A stretch of 64,000 nt of DNA. It comes from Helicobacteraceae bacterium (GTDB lineage Bacteria > Campylobacterota > Campylobacteria > Campylobacterales > Sulfurimonadaceae). Every line of letters begins with the position of its first letter. The first letter of the stretch is position 1. This document shows, in pieces, positions 19,100 to 29,230 of the stretch. A program made the position numbers and the translations under genes. Below the pieces are notes generated by a model that was not told where the DNA came from, made no database searches, and worked only from the letters and a program-made list of their open reading frames with translations. The stretch covers positions 489 to 64,488 of the forward strand of contig WTBY01000033.1 of NCBI GenBank assembly GCA_013138865.1, given 5' to 3'.

Positions 19100-19462
19100 G
19101 AAAGCTAAAGGAAGAAGACCTATTAGACAACCAATAATTATACCTATAGTCTCAGCTGCTATAAACATATTATGATGACCTAAATCTTCTTCAGTTACTT
19201 TACCAAAAGAGTTATAAACCATACGAGCTACTAAACTACCAGAGAGTACTCCAACTGCATCGCTTAATGTGTTACCTAGACCTGCACTAAACATACTACT
19301 AAAACCAAAAGTCTCTTGGATCCATGTGTCGATCGCAGAGCCTGCAATAACCATAATCGCATTATCCATGAAACCAAAAACAATCATACCTATCATTACA
19401 GCAAAAAAGTTTTTACCAAACATCACTTTAAATAGATTAAAATCCTCTTTTTCTTCACTCAT
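19094..19462 (-). CDS. small integral membrane protein
   Basis: 122 aa with three predicted TM helices. No confident family call. Confidence 0.5.
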   Translation of the reverse strand: MSEEKEDFNLFKVMFGKNFFAVMIGMIVFGFMDNAIMVIAGSAIDTWIQETFGFSSMFSAGLGNTLSDAVGVLSGSLVARMVYNSFGKVTEEDLGHHNMFIAAETIGIIIGCLIGLLPLAFL

Positions 19463-19477
19463 TTTAAAACCCTCTTT

Positions 19478-20194
19478 TTATAAAAATATTTTTTTAGCAC
19501 GTGCAAGATCTTCTTTTGTGTCTATACCAAAACTTACACTTGAAACTTTTACCATACTTATTTTTTTATTATGATAGATCGCACGAAGTTGCTCTAACTT
19601 TTCTATATCCTCGATCGGTGCATCATCTAAGTTACAAAATTCTAACAAACTTCTTTTAGTAAACCCATAAATCCCAATATGACCGAAATAAGTTGCACTA
19701 TTTGAGCGATCGTAAGGAATTGGTGATCTTGAAAAGTAGATCGCATTATGCTCTGCGTCAAGAATTACTTTTACAAGATTAGGATCCTGTGCAGACTCTT
19801 TGTTGATCGCATTAAAACAACTACCCATAATAAATTCTGCTTTGTCATCTTTTAAACTTTGAAGCCTCTGTTTAAGTAACTCAACTACACCAACTTCTAT
19901 AAAAGGCTCATCTGCTTGAACATTTATAACAATCTCATCATCTTGAATGTCAAGAAGTTGAGCACACTCATTTATACGATCAGTTCCACTTTTATGAGTT
20001 GAAGATGTCATAACAGCTTCTATGTTATGCTCTTTACAAGTTTGTAAAATAAGCTCATCGTCACAAGCGACAACTACGCGATCGAGACTCTCAACAGCTT
20101 TAGCAGTTCTAACAACCATAGGTAAACCACCAACATCAGCTAAAACTTTTTGAGAAAAACGTGAAGATGCAAGACGAGCTGGAATAATTATCAT
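19478..20194 (-). CDS. kdsB: 3-deoxy-manno-octulosonate cytidylyltransferase
   Basis: N-terminus IIIPARLASSRFSQKVLADVGGLPMV and overall KdsB pattern. Confidence 0.9.
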   Translation of the reverse strand: MIIIPARLASSRFSQKVLADVGGLPMVVRTAKAVESLDRVVVACDDELILQTCKEHNIEAVMTSSTHKSGTDRINECAQLLDIQDDEIVINVQADEPFIEVGVVELLKQRLQSLKDDKAEFIMGSCFNAINKESAQDPNLVKVILDAEHNAIYFSRSPIPYDRSNSATYFGHIGIYGFTKRSLLEFCNLDDAPIEDIEKLEQLRAIYHNKKISMVKVSSVSFGIDTKEDLARAKKIFL

Positions 20195-20241
20195 TAGTTA
20201 CCTTAGTTTTAAATTTTGTAATTATACTCTATATTTTGTAT

Positions 20242-21390
20242 TTAAACACTCTTAATAGCTTCATTAACTCTTATGGCTTGATAGTGCTCTTTCACATCAT
20301 GAACTCTGATAATAGAAGCTCCATTATCAATAGCTTTTAGATGAATTGCTAATGTTCCACTTAGACGCTCTTCACTCTTTGAGGGTACTATTTTAGCTAT
20401 CATAGACTTTCTTGAAGCTCCTACTAAAAGCTCTTTGTGAAACATTTTAAAATGCTCTAAATTTGCGATCAACTCAAGGTTATGCTCTAGAGTCTTTCCA
20501 AAACCTATACCTACATCTAAAACAATATTCTCTACTCCAAAAGAGTTTAACTTCTCTATACGCTCTTGAAAAAAGTTACTTATATCAGTTAAAATTGAGT
20601 CATATTTAGGGTTGTCTTGCATATTTCTAGGCTCACCTTGCATATGCATTAGAATTGCTTGTGCATTAAACTCTGAAGCTACTTTACATAGTTCATCACT
20701 CTCAAAACCTTTAATATCATTTATAATACTAAAACCATTCTCACAAGCATAACGAGCAACTAAAGGAGTATAAGTATCTACACTAAATGCTACTTTTTCG
20801 TATAGCTTTTTTTGCTTTATGAGATCTACGATCGGCTTAATTCTCTCTAGCTCTTCTAACTCACTAACACCAACACTATTCGGCTTAGAGCTAACTGCAC
20901 CAACATCTATGATATCTGCGCCATCTTCGATCATCTGCTCTATTTTTACGATCGCACTTTCAGTATTAAAACGACTAGCTGAGTAAAAGCTGTCATCATT
21001 AGCATTTATAACACCCATAATTTTGGTGGCTTTGGTGGCTTTGGTGGCTTTATTTAGATGAAGTTTTAGTTGAGCTGAAAGATCTTTAAGCCCAAATGGT
21101 TGTGCTAACTCTTTTTGAACTAGTTTTTCTAATTGAGCCGTGGTAGCTATTAAAATAGCATCAACTCTTTTCTTTTCTGCGGTAACAACACCTTTAGGTA
21201 CAGCCAAGTCTGCACCAATACTAAGGGCATCTTGTTTTAAAATATTTGCAGCACCTACATGCATATCTTTTATGTAAAAGAGGTTTGAGGTTGCTTTTTT
21301 CTTTAATATAGCAACTCCACCACTATCAACACCTAACTCTTTTAAATATTTTTTAAAATCAAGTAAAGTAGATAGTCTTTGAACTAACAT
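20242..21390 (-). CDS. folP: dihydropteroate synthase with N-terminal extension
   Basis: Pterin-binding domain motifs (MGVINANDDSFY, GADIIDVGA, DVGIGFGK). The N-terminal extra domain resembles that of Helicobacter/Campylobacter FolP. Confidence 0.85.
   Translation of the reverse strand: MLVQRLSTLLDFKKYLKELGVDSGGVAILKKKATSNLFYIKDMHVGAANILKQDALSIGADLAVPKGVVTAEKKRVDAILIATTAQLEKLVQKELAQPFGLKDLSAQLKLHLNKATKATKATKIMGVINANDDSFYSASRFNTESAIVKIEQMIEDGADIIDVGAVSSKPNSVGVSELEELERIKPIVDLIKQKKLYEKVAFSVDTYTPLVARYACENGFSIINDIKGFESDELCKVASEFNAQAILMHMQGEPRNMQDNPKYDSILTDISNFFQERIEKLNSFGVENIVLDVGIGFGKTLEHNLELIANLEHFKMFHKELLVGASRKSMIAKIVPSKSEERLSGTLAIHLKAIDNGASIIRVHDVKEHYQAIRVNEAIKSV
21022..21048. repeat. perfect 3 x 9-bp tandem repeat (TTTGGTGGC) inside folP
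   Basis: Encodes KATKATKATK in the linker between the N-terminal extension and the pterin-binding domain. Confidence 0.9.
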
Positions 21391-22011
21391 CTACTTAGAT
21401 ACACTTTTAGGTAAAAAAGTCATTAGTAAATTTATGAGAATAGTTTGAAATCGTCCATTTAGGTTTACTAAATAGTACGCTAATTCAAACGCTTCGGCTT
21501 GAGTTTTACTAAGTGTTACACCATTAATATTTACAGCTAAATTCATTAAGGACTCTAATAACTCTTTTGCGTCATGAGCTTTTAGTCTGTCATATTTTTT
21601 AACAAATGCGAACAGTTGAGCTATATCAAACCTCTTAAGGTCTAGCTCTAAGTTTTCATAACTCTTCTCACTCTTAAAATGTTCTACTCTTAAACGCGAT
21701 CGCACTGTTGGAAGAAGAGCAGATTTTGAGCTAGTTATAATTATAAATTCTATATTTCGAGGAGGCTCTTCTAAAATTTTTAAAAGAGAGTTTTGAGAGA
21801 CTGCATTAAAACTTTTAGCACCTAAAATGATGTACTTAGTGTCAGCTTCACTTATGTAAGCTTCAGCGATCACACCACGAGAGTCATCAACTAAAAAGTC
21901 ATCTTTAACAAAAGAGACAACTCTGTAACCTCTTAGTATCTCTTTTAGTTCTTCATGTTTCTCTTCAATATTTTCACAAATAATTATATGAGAGTTGAGT
22001 TTTTCACTCAC
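21391..22011 (-). CDS. holB: DNA polymerase III delta-prime subunit-like protein
   Basis: KILEEPP motif and SRxxxx clamp-loader sensor motif (TVRSRLRV). Position between folP and hobA. Confidence 0.6.
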   Translation of the reverse strand: MSEKLNSHIIICENIEEKHEELKEILRGYRVVSFVKDDFLVDDSRGVIAEAYISEADTKYIILGAKSFNAVSQNSLLKILEEPPRNIEFIIITSSKSALLPTVRSRLRVEHFKSEKSYENLELDLKRFDIAQLFAFVKKYDRLKAHDAKELLESLMNLAVNINGVTLSKTQAEAFELAYYLVNLNGRFQTILINLLMTFLPKSVSK

Positions 22012-22552
22012 CTACATTAACCTCTGCAAATAGTGCGGCAGACAGTGTTATATCAAAAAGACGAAATAGTTGCATAAGTTTTATGTCTATTAGAGGATCG
22101 TAAGACTTTAAAATAAGAGCATTTGAAAAGTCGTCGTCCATCATCCATAAGTAACTTTTGTCATTACGTTTAGCTATGTCAGCTCTGCGATCATCGCCTT
22201 TACCTATATAAAAAAAGAAGTAGTTATCGTTAAAAGATGTAGAGAGCATATCTTCTAGCATATCGATCATAGCTCCACCCGTTATGTTGTCATAGTTTGG
22301 ATATAAACTTTTTAATGAAACTATAGGAATAATTGGACGCTCTCTTCCAGGTTTATTTATAGAGCTTAGTATGTAACTACTTAGCCATTCACGAGGTTCA
22401 TCTGTGATCAAAATTACAGTTTTAGCTTGGAGTATTTGAGAAAGTGCTTGGTAAGTTGTGGCACTCCATTCAAAACGTGACTCTTCAAGCCAGTTTAGTG
22501 AAGCACCCTCACCTCTTATAGTCTCTAGTGTCCAGCGTTCAAACTCTTGCAA
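22004..22552 (-). CDS. hobA: DnaA-interacting replication initiation factor HobA (call based on synteny)
   Basis: A 182-aa protein between lysC and holB-folP. As far as I recall, this is the conserved position and size of H. pylori HobA. No motif-level proof. Confidence 0.45.
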   Translation of the reverse strand: MQEFERWTLETIRGEGASLNWLEESRFEWSATTYQALSQILQAKTVILITDEPREWLSSYILSSINKPGRERPIIPIVSLKSLYPNYDNITGGAMIDMLEDMLSTSFNDNYFFFYIGKGDDRRADIAKRNDKSYLWMMDDDFSNALILKSYDPLIDIKLMQLFRLFDITLSAALFAEVNVGE

Positions 22553-22562
22553 CTATAAAGAC

Positions 22563-23774
22563 CTAGCTATCAAGTTTATAAGCGCTATGGAGACTTCTAA
22601 CAGATAACTCTGCATATTTCTCTTCTACAACCATAGATACTTTGATCTCTGAAGTTGAGATCATAACTATGTTTATATTTTCATTTGCCATAGTTGCAAA
22701 GGCAAGTGCTGCGACACCTGTATGTGATCGCATTCCAACACCAACAATAGAGACTTTACAGATAGTGTCATCATAATCAGCTAAGTCAACCTCATCAGCC
22801 TCTTGGAACTCGTTGATAACACTTTTAGCGTCTGCTAGTTCATTCATAGGAACTGTAAAAGAGAGGTTAGCATGACCATCACGACCAACATTTTGTATGA
22901 TCATGTCAACATTTACACTTTGAGTTGCTAAACGGTTAAATATGTCAGATGCAATTCCAGGACGGTCTGCTATACCTACTAACGATACACGAGCTTGGTT
23001 TCTGTCTAGTGCTATTCCACTTACTAATGGTTGTTCCATAATATTCTCTTCCTTTGTTATAAGCGTTCCCTCAGCATCGCTGAAACTTGAACGTGTTACT
23101 AAATTTACATCTAATTTTTTTGCTAACTCTACTGATCTATTTTGTAAAACCTTTGCACCAAGTGAAGCTAACTCTAACATCTCATCATAAGAGATCTTCT
23201 CTAACTTTCTTGCATGTGGTTCTATTCGTGGATCAGTTGTATAAATACCATCAACATCTGTATAGATCTCACATAAATCAGCTTCAAGTGAACCTGCGAT
23301 CGCAACTGCACTTAAGTCACTTCCACCACGTCCGAGTGTAGTTACAACACCCTCCTCACTTACACCTTGAAAACCTGCGATCACAATAACATTTCCATCG
23401 CTAAGTGCTTTTTTCATAATGCTTGGATCTATACTTTCAATTCTAGCTTTTGTATGTGAATTGTCAGTTACAACACCAGCATTTCTACCACTCATGCTCA
23501 TCGCTTTATGACCCATCTCATTCAGAGCTATTGAGAGAAGTGCAGAAGTTACTCTCTCACCTGAACTTAACAACATGTCCATATCTGCACGACGTGGGTT
23601 CTTACTAAAGTGTTCAGCAAAACCTACAAGCTTGTTAGTCTCACCACTCATAGCAGAGACAACTACTACAACTTGGTTGCCCTCTTTAAGTGAAGCTGAA
23701 ACACGATTTGCAACATTTTGTATGCGATCTAAATCACCTACGCTTGTACCACCAAATTTTTGTACTATTAGCAT
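22563..23774 (-). CDS. lysC: aspartate kinase
   Basis: N-terminus MLIVQKFGGTSVG, kinase core and two C-terminal ACT domains. Confidence 0.95.
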   Translation of the reverse strand: MLIVQKFGGTSVGDLDRIQNVANRVSASLKEGNQVVVVVSAMSGETNKLVGFAEHFSKNPRRADMDMLLSSGERVTSALLSIALNEMGHKAMSMSGRNAGVVTDNSHTKARIESIDPSIMKKALSDGNVIVIAGFQGVSEEGVVTTLGRGGSDLSAVAIAGSLEADLCEIYTDVDGIYTTDPRIEPHARKLEKISYDEMLELASLGAKVLQNRSVELAKKLDVNLVTRSSFSDAEGTLITKEENIMEQPLVSGIALDRNQARVSLVGIADRPGIASDIFNRLATQSVNVDMIIQNVGRDGHANLSFTVPMNELADAKSVINEFQEADEVDLADYDDTICKVSIVGVGMRSHTGVAALAFATMANENINIVMISTSEIKVSMVVEEKYAELSVRSLHSAYKLDS

Positions 23775-24245
23775 CTATAAAAATCCTTCACTTTTGAAAT
23801 ATTTTACTACTTTTTCATAAACAGGTTTTTTAAAGTGTGCAACATGATCAAAAAGCTCATCTACACTAACAAACTTATGTGAAATAAATTCAGGGTGCTT
23901 AGTCTCTAAATTTATAATAGCTTTCTTCTTTAGCTTTACAAGGTAGTAACGCTGTTTTTGTCCAGCATATGGTTTCATTCTTTTTGCTACACCTTGAGGA
24001 AAGTCATAACTGATCCACTCAGGAAACTCAGCTACAATTTTAACTTTATCGGTTCCGATCTCTTCTTCAAGCTCACGAAAAAGTGCTTCTTCAGCGCTTT
24101 CACCCTCGTCTATTCCACCTTGTGGAAATTGCCAAATATTTGACATATCAGATCTCTCAGCTAAAAAGATCTCTTTTTTTTGGGGGTACTCATTAGAGAG
24201 TATGATCGCAGCAACATTTGGACGGTATAATTTATCTTCTGACAT
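23775..24245 (-). CDS. rppH: Nudix RNA pyrophosphohydrolase
   Basis: Nudix box GGIDEGESAEEALFRELEEEIG. Size and position match the epsilonproteobacterial RppH/NudA. Confidence 0.8.
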   Translation of the reverse strand: MSEDKLYRPNVAAIILSNEYPQKKEIFLAERSDMSNIWQFPQGGIDEGESAEEALFRELEEEIGTDKVKIVAEFPEWISYDFPQGVAKRMKPYAGQKQRYYLVKLKKKAIINLETKHPEFISHKFVSVDELFDHVAHFKKPVYEKVVKYFKSEGFL

Positions 24246-24332
24246 ATGTTCTCATTTTTATAATATTAATCACTCATTCTACTAAAAGTGTGTTTAAAGT
24301 TGTATAATAAACTCAAAAAAAGGTTTATAACT

Positions 24333-25382
24333 TTGCTACTTTACATACACATACCTTTTTGTGATTCTAAGTGTCACTACTGTGCTTTTAACTCCTATGT
24401 TGATCACTTTGATCTTAAAGAGAGTTATATGAAAGCTGTTGTTGAGCAACTTCATTTTGAGCTTAAAAAATTTAACTATGAACCAATCGAGACTATTTTT
24501 ATAGGTGGTGGTACTCCATCTACGATCGCACCTGAACTCTATATTGAACTCTTTAATGTTATAAAAGAGTATTTAGAAAATGAGTGTGAAATCACAGTCG
24601 AGGCTAACCCAAATAGTGCAACACTAGAGTGGTTAGATGGCATGCAAAAGTTAGGGGTTAATAGAGTTAGTTTTGGCACTCAGAGCTTTAATGATGAGAA
24701 GCTAAAACTTTTAGGGCGATCGCATAGAGCTAGTGATGCGATCAACGCCATTAAAAATGCTTCTAAGGTTGGGTTTGAGCATATCTCTTTGGATCTTATT
24801 TATAACGTCGATGGTGACACTTTAGAGCTTATAAAAGAAGACCTTCAAACCTCTTTTTCACTACCTATTGATCACATAAGTGCTTACTCTTTAATTATAG
24901 AAGAACATACGGTTTTTGAGAAAAAAGAGCAGATGTCAAAAGAGAGTGAAGAGATAACAGAGTACCTTTTTAGGACTATTAAGGAACATGGGTTTGAGCA
25001 TTATGAGATCTCTAACTTTGGAAAATATCACTCAAAACACAACATAGGCTACTGGAAGTACAAAGATTATATGGGTGTTGGAGCTGGAGCTGTTGGTTTT
25101 TTAAAAGATGAAAGGTACTACCCTTTAGAAGATATACTGAGTTATATAAAAACTCCTCTGCAACAACGTATTGAGTGTTTAAGTGAAGAGGATATTTTAA
25201 TAGAGAAAATCTTTTTAGGTCTTCGATCGTATGTTGGTTTTAGTAAAGAGATCTTAACATCAGAACAACTTGATAGAGCCACTCTTTTGGTTAAAGAGAA
25301 AAAGCTACTTTTTAAAAATGATACTTTTTACAACACTAACTATCTTATAAGTGATGAAATCGCACTCTTTTTAACTGATTAG
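24333..25382 (+). CDS. hemW: radical SAM heme chaperone HemW (HemN-like)
   Basis: CDSKCHYCAF radical-SAM cluster motif. The in-frame TTG giving MLLYIHIPFC is preferred because a TATAAT (24302-24307) lies inside the longer GTG-started ORF. Confidence 0.8.
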   Translation: MLLYIHIPFCDSKCHYCAFNSYVDHFDLKESYMKAVVEQLHFELKKFNYEPIETIFIGGGTPSTIAPELYIELFNVIKEYLENECEITVEANPNSATLEWLDGMQKLGVNRVSFGTQSFNDEKLKLLGRSHRASDAINAIKNASKVGFEHISLDLIYNVDGDTLELIKEDLQTSFSLPIDHISAYSLIIEEHTVFEKKEQMSKESEEITEYLFRTIKEHGFEHYEISNFGKYHSKHNIGYWKYKDYMGVGAGAVGFLKDERYYPLEDILSYIKTPLQQRIECLSEEDILIEKIFLGLRSYVGFSKEILTSEQLDRATLLVKEKKLLFKNDTFYNTNYLISDEIALFLTD

Positions 25383-25419
25383 CACTAATTATATTATTTT
25401 AGGATAAACTTATAGCAAT

Positions 25420-27480
25420 ATGATAGAAAATGATATTTTAAGACTATTTGATCATGGAAAATTTATACTTTTTAAATGGACGAATAGAGATAATTGGCCG
25501 GTAGAGTTTGTTTCAAGTAATACTAAAGAAATTTTGGATTACGACAAAGAGTTATTTTTAAGTGGTAAAATTAAATACGCTTCAATAATACACAAAGATG
25601 ACATAGAAACTATTTTTGAAGAGGTAGCTATCAACTCTAAAAATGAGGAAATAGATAGTTTTATACATAAACCTTACAGAATTAAAAAAGCTAATGGTGA
25701 GTATATTTGGGTTTATGACTCAACTTCTATTGTTAGAGACTTGGATGGTGACATAACACACTACATAGGCTATATAGCTGACATTAGTGACACTATTGAT
25801 CTTCAAAAAAATCTTCAACTTTTTGAAAATATTTTTGAAAATGCTCATGATGGTATTTTAATAACTGATGAAAAAAATAAAATTTTATCTGTAAATAATG
25901 CTTTTAAACAGATAACAGGTTATTCGCAAGAAGATGTAGTTGGTATGAAACCTTCAATACTATCATCTGGTAAACATAATAAAATATTTTATAAATATAT
26001 GTGGGATTCTCTTTTAAATAAGGGCTACTACAAAGGTGAAATTCAAAATAGGCACAAAAATGGAGAGCTATTTTATGAGTCTATCTCCATAAGTGTTATT
26101 TTTGATCATAATAAAAATCCTCAAAAATTTGTAGCTTTTATTCAAGACGTTACAAAAGATAGACTTACTCAAAAAAAGCTAGAGTTTTTAGCTCACTATG
26201 ATCCACTTACCACGCTTCCAAACAAGCTTATGTTAGATACAAGTATAGGCAACCTAATACTTCAACATAAAATAAAGCCAATAAGGTTTGCTCTGCTCTA
26301 CCTTGACCTTGATAATTTTAAAATGGTTAATGACTCACTTGGACATAAAGTTGGAGATCAACTACTTGTTTGTATTGCTGAAGAGCTTAAACTAAATGTA
26401 AAACGTGCTGATACCATAGCTAGACAAGGTGGAGATGAGTTCTATATTTTAATTAATAACTATCATACAAAAGATGAGTTAACACTAATAGTTGAAAATA
26501 TTTACTTAAGTTTAAAGGGTGCTTTTAATGTCCAAGAAAACAGTATCCATACTACATTCAGTATGGGTATAGCGCTGTTTCCTGAAGATGCAACAACTCA
26601 AACAGGACTCTACAAAAGTGTAGATATGGCAATGTTTAAAGCAAAAGAGTTAGGTAAAAATAGTTACTCTTTTTGTACAAAAGATATGCACGATGACATT
26701 AAGGAGAAACAAATTCTCTCACATAACTTAAGAAGTGCTATTGTAAATAATGAAATATATTTAAACTTTCAACCACAGTATAATCTTAAAACATCATCCA
26801 TAAAAAGTGTAGAAGTTTTAGCAAGGTGGAAAAATAGTGAGCTTGGAATTGTACCACCGTATAAGTTTATTAGTGTTGCTGAAGAGAGTGGAATGATTCT
26901 TGAAATTGGTAACTATATTTTTGAGAAAGCTTGTTTTGAGTTAAAGACTTTAGAAGAGAAAGGTTTTGATGATCTTAGTTTTTCTATAAATATTTCAGCA
27001 ATAGAGTTTCAACAATCTAACTTTATACAAAGATGTAAAAATACAGTAACAAAACTAAAACTTAGCCCTCATAAGATAGTTTTAGAACTTACAGAGTCTG
27101 TTTTAATCAATGATGTAGAGTACTCACAAAGTATTATTAATGAGTTAAGAGAGTTTGGTTTTAGATTTTCAATAGACGACTTTGGAACTGGCTACTCTTC
27201 TCTTGCTTATCTGAAAAACTTCTCTACTGATGAGTTGAAAATTGATCTAAGTTTTATAAGAGAGTTAAAAGATAAAGGTAACGAAGCGATCGTAAAAGCT
27301 ATTTTAAGTCTTGGTGAGAGTTTTGATATGAAAGTTGTGGCAGAGGGAGTAGAAGAGGAGTATCAGTTAGAGTTTTTAAGAGAGCATAACTGTGACATTA
27401 TCCAAGGGTACTACTACTCTAAACCAATAACAATTCAAGAGTTAGAACCATTTATAAAAAAGATAAATAGTGAAAAATAA
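25420..27480 (+). CDS. PAS-PAS-GGDEF-EAL c-di-GMP signalling protein
   Basis: Two PAS modules, GGDEF (ARQGGDEF) and an EAL domain (EVLARW, DDFGTGYSSL). Confidence 0.9.
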   Translation: MIENDILRLFDHGKFILFKWTNRDNWPVEFVSSNTKEILDYDKELFLSGKIKYASIIHKDDIETIFEEVAINSKNEEIDSFIHKPYRIKKANGEYIWVYDSTSIVRDLDGDITHYIGYIADISDTIDLQKNLQLFENIFENAHDGILITDEKNKILSVNNAFKQITGYSQEDVVGMKPSILSSGKHNKIFYKYMWDSLLNKGYYKGEIQNRHKNGELFYESISISVIFDHNKNPQKFVAFIQDVTKDRLTQKKLEFLAHYDPLTTLPNKLMLDTSIGNLILQHKIKPIRFALLYLDLDNFKMVNDSLGHKVGDQLLVCIAEELKLNVKRADTIARQGGDEFYILINNYHTKDELTLIVENIYLSLKGAFNVQENSIHTTFSMGIALFPEDATTQTGLYKSVDMAMFKAKELGKNSYSFCTKDMHDDIKEKQILSHNLRSAIVNNEIYLNFQPQYNLKTSSIKSVEVLARWKNSELGIVPPYKFISVAEESGMILEIGNYIFEKACFELKTLEEKGFDDLSFSINISAIEFQQSNFIQRCKNTVTKLKLSPHKIVLELTESVLINDVEYSQSIINELREFGFRFSIDDFGTGYSSLAYLKNFSTDELKIDLSFIRELKDKGNEAIVKAILSLGESFDMKVVAEGVEEEYQLEFLREHNCDIIQGYYYSKPITIQELEPFIKKINSEK

Positions 27481-27811
27481 ACTTTTAATAGTTTGGTCAA
27501 GTGGTGAGATAGAAGTCGCTAAAAAGTTAGTTCTTCTTTACAGTTCGGTTATGTTAGAGAGAAAATATTGGGATGAGGCTACGATCATGGTCTGGGGTCC
27601 ATCAGCTAAGCTTTTAGCCCAAAATGAAGAGTTACAAGAGCAGATGTTAAAAGTTAAAAGTACAGGTGTAAAGTTTAACGCTTGTGTAGTCTGTACAGAT
27701 GAGTATGGTGTAAGTGATAAAATGAGAGAGTTAGATATTGATCTTATTCATACAGGGGAGATGCTAACACAAGCTCTTCAAAGTGAAGATATAAAAGTTA
27801 TTACTTTCTAA
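27470..27811 (+). CDS. DsrE/DsrF-like family small protein
   Basis: 113 aa. The pattern resembles DsrE_2-type proteins (LLIVWSSGE..., conserved Cys in NACVVC). It overlaps the preceding stop by 11 nt. Confidence 0.45.
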   Translation: MKNKLLIVWSSGEIEVAKKLVLLYSSVMLERKYWDEATIMVWGPSAKLLAQNEELQEQMLKVKSTGVKFNACVVCTDEYGVSDKMRELDIDLIHTGEMLTQALQSEDIKVITF

Positions 27812-27832
27812 CTCACCTTATTACTCTTCAGC

Positions 27833-29230
27833 TCAAAAGTTTTCATCATACTCAATAAACATAATAATTGTTTCAACATTTATGAAAAAAGATTTATCTA
27901 AAAAGTGAGCATCTTCAATATTATTTTCAAAGATCTCTTTTCTCCATACTATAAGATCATTTACAAAGCCTTCAACTAAAGCAGATATATTTACCAACTT
28001 CTCTTTATCATCAAAAAGTATCTGTGAATGTTCTATAAATTTAGCACCAAGTTTAACTATATAACTTCCAAGAGTAGAAAATAGTGGATAATTATTTAGT
28101 AGTTCACCGTACATTTTTATTTTACTACCTAAGTTTATAAAATTTTCTACACTTAAGTCACTTCCCATAATTATATTAACAGCTAAAGAGTCTATATCTT
28201 CTTCTAAGTCTTGAAGCTCGTCTATATCCTTTTTAGATATATACTCAAGATAGTTAATTTTTTCATCTATATCTTCATACTTTACAACCTCTTTTATAAC
28301 TCTTTTTGAAACTATATTCTCAGAATCTTTTAGTTTAATATACTGAACTATAACACCCTCAAAATTTTTATCTAAAATAAAAGATATATCTTCAAAAAGC
28401 TTACTGTTGAAACTATATTTATTAAAAATATAAGCACTGATCGTATTTTTAAACCCTACGCAGATCATAAAAACATCTTCAAGAGATAGGTTCTTATGTT
28501 TAAAAAAGTCAAGCATAACCATAATAACTGGACAGTTTCCAACTTTAGCTTCACCTTTTATAACACTTAAAAAATATTCTATTACTTTAATAGCATAGTG
28601 AGATCTAAAGTATTCTACATCAATACCATTAGTACCTAATTTTTCATGAATAACTTCACTAGCAACCCAAGTTTGTGATATAGTCACCTTGTTAACTTCT
28701 AGATCCTCAAGTAGATCTCTAGCTGAGTTAAAAGTACTTGAGTCTTTAAGCTCAATACTTAACATGTTATCTTCAATCTGCTGATAATGCTTTTGTACTA
28801 ATTTTCTATCATTTACATTTCGTGATGTATTATAGAGTACTTTTTTAAACTGCTCTACTTCAATAGGTTTTGATAAAACTCCATTAACTCCTAACTCTAT
28901 AGCACTATGCAGGTACTCACTATCACTAAAAGCAGTTATTAAAATAATAGCTTGATCAATATTTTGAGTTTTTATCTTTTTAGACATCTCCAAACCATCC
29001 ATGTTTGGCATATTAATATCAGAGATAAGAATGTCATAGTATGTAGTAGTTCTCTCGTAGTACTCCATATATTTATTATAAGCATCTAATCCATCAATAG
29101 CTATGTCAACTATATTAAAATATTTTTTCAGTAATTTAACAGTAAGCTCTCTTAAAATAGCATCATCTTCTACATATAAAACATTTAAGTTTTTTGAACT
29201 TTTTATAATTTTTCTGTTATCAATTTTCAT
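27833..29230 (-). CDS. response regulator: receiver domain plus about 330-aa uncharacterised C-terminal region
   Basis: N-terminal REC (VLYVEDD, DILISDINMPNMDG, SKP). No HTH, GGDEF or other known output motif is visible. Confidence 0.75.
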   Translation of the reverse strand: MKIDNRKIIKSSKNLNVLYVEDDAILRELTVKLLKKYFNIVDIAIDGLDAYNKYMEYYERTTTYYDILISDINMPNMDGLEMSKKIKTQNIDQAIILITAFSDSEYLHSAIELGVNGVLSKPIEVEQFKKVLYNTSRNVNDRKLVQKHYQQIEDNMLSIELKDSSTFNSARDLLEDLEVNKVTISQTWVASEVIHEKLGTNGIDVEYFRSHYAIKVIEYFLSVIKGEAKVGNCPVIMVMLDFFKHKNLSLEDVFMICVGFKNTISAYIFNKYSFNSKLFEDISFILDKNFEGVIVQYIKLKDSENIVSKRVIKEVVKYEDIDEKINYLEYISKKDIDELQDLEEDIDSLAVNIIMGSDLSVENFINLGSKIKMYGELLNNYPLFSTLGSYIVKLGAKFIEHSQILFDDKEKLVNISALVEGFVNDLIVWRKEIFENNIEDAHFLDKSFFINVETIIMFIEYDENF

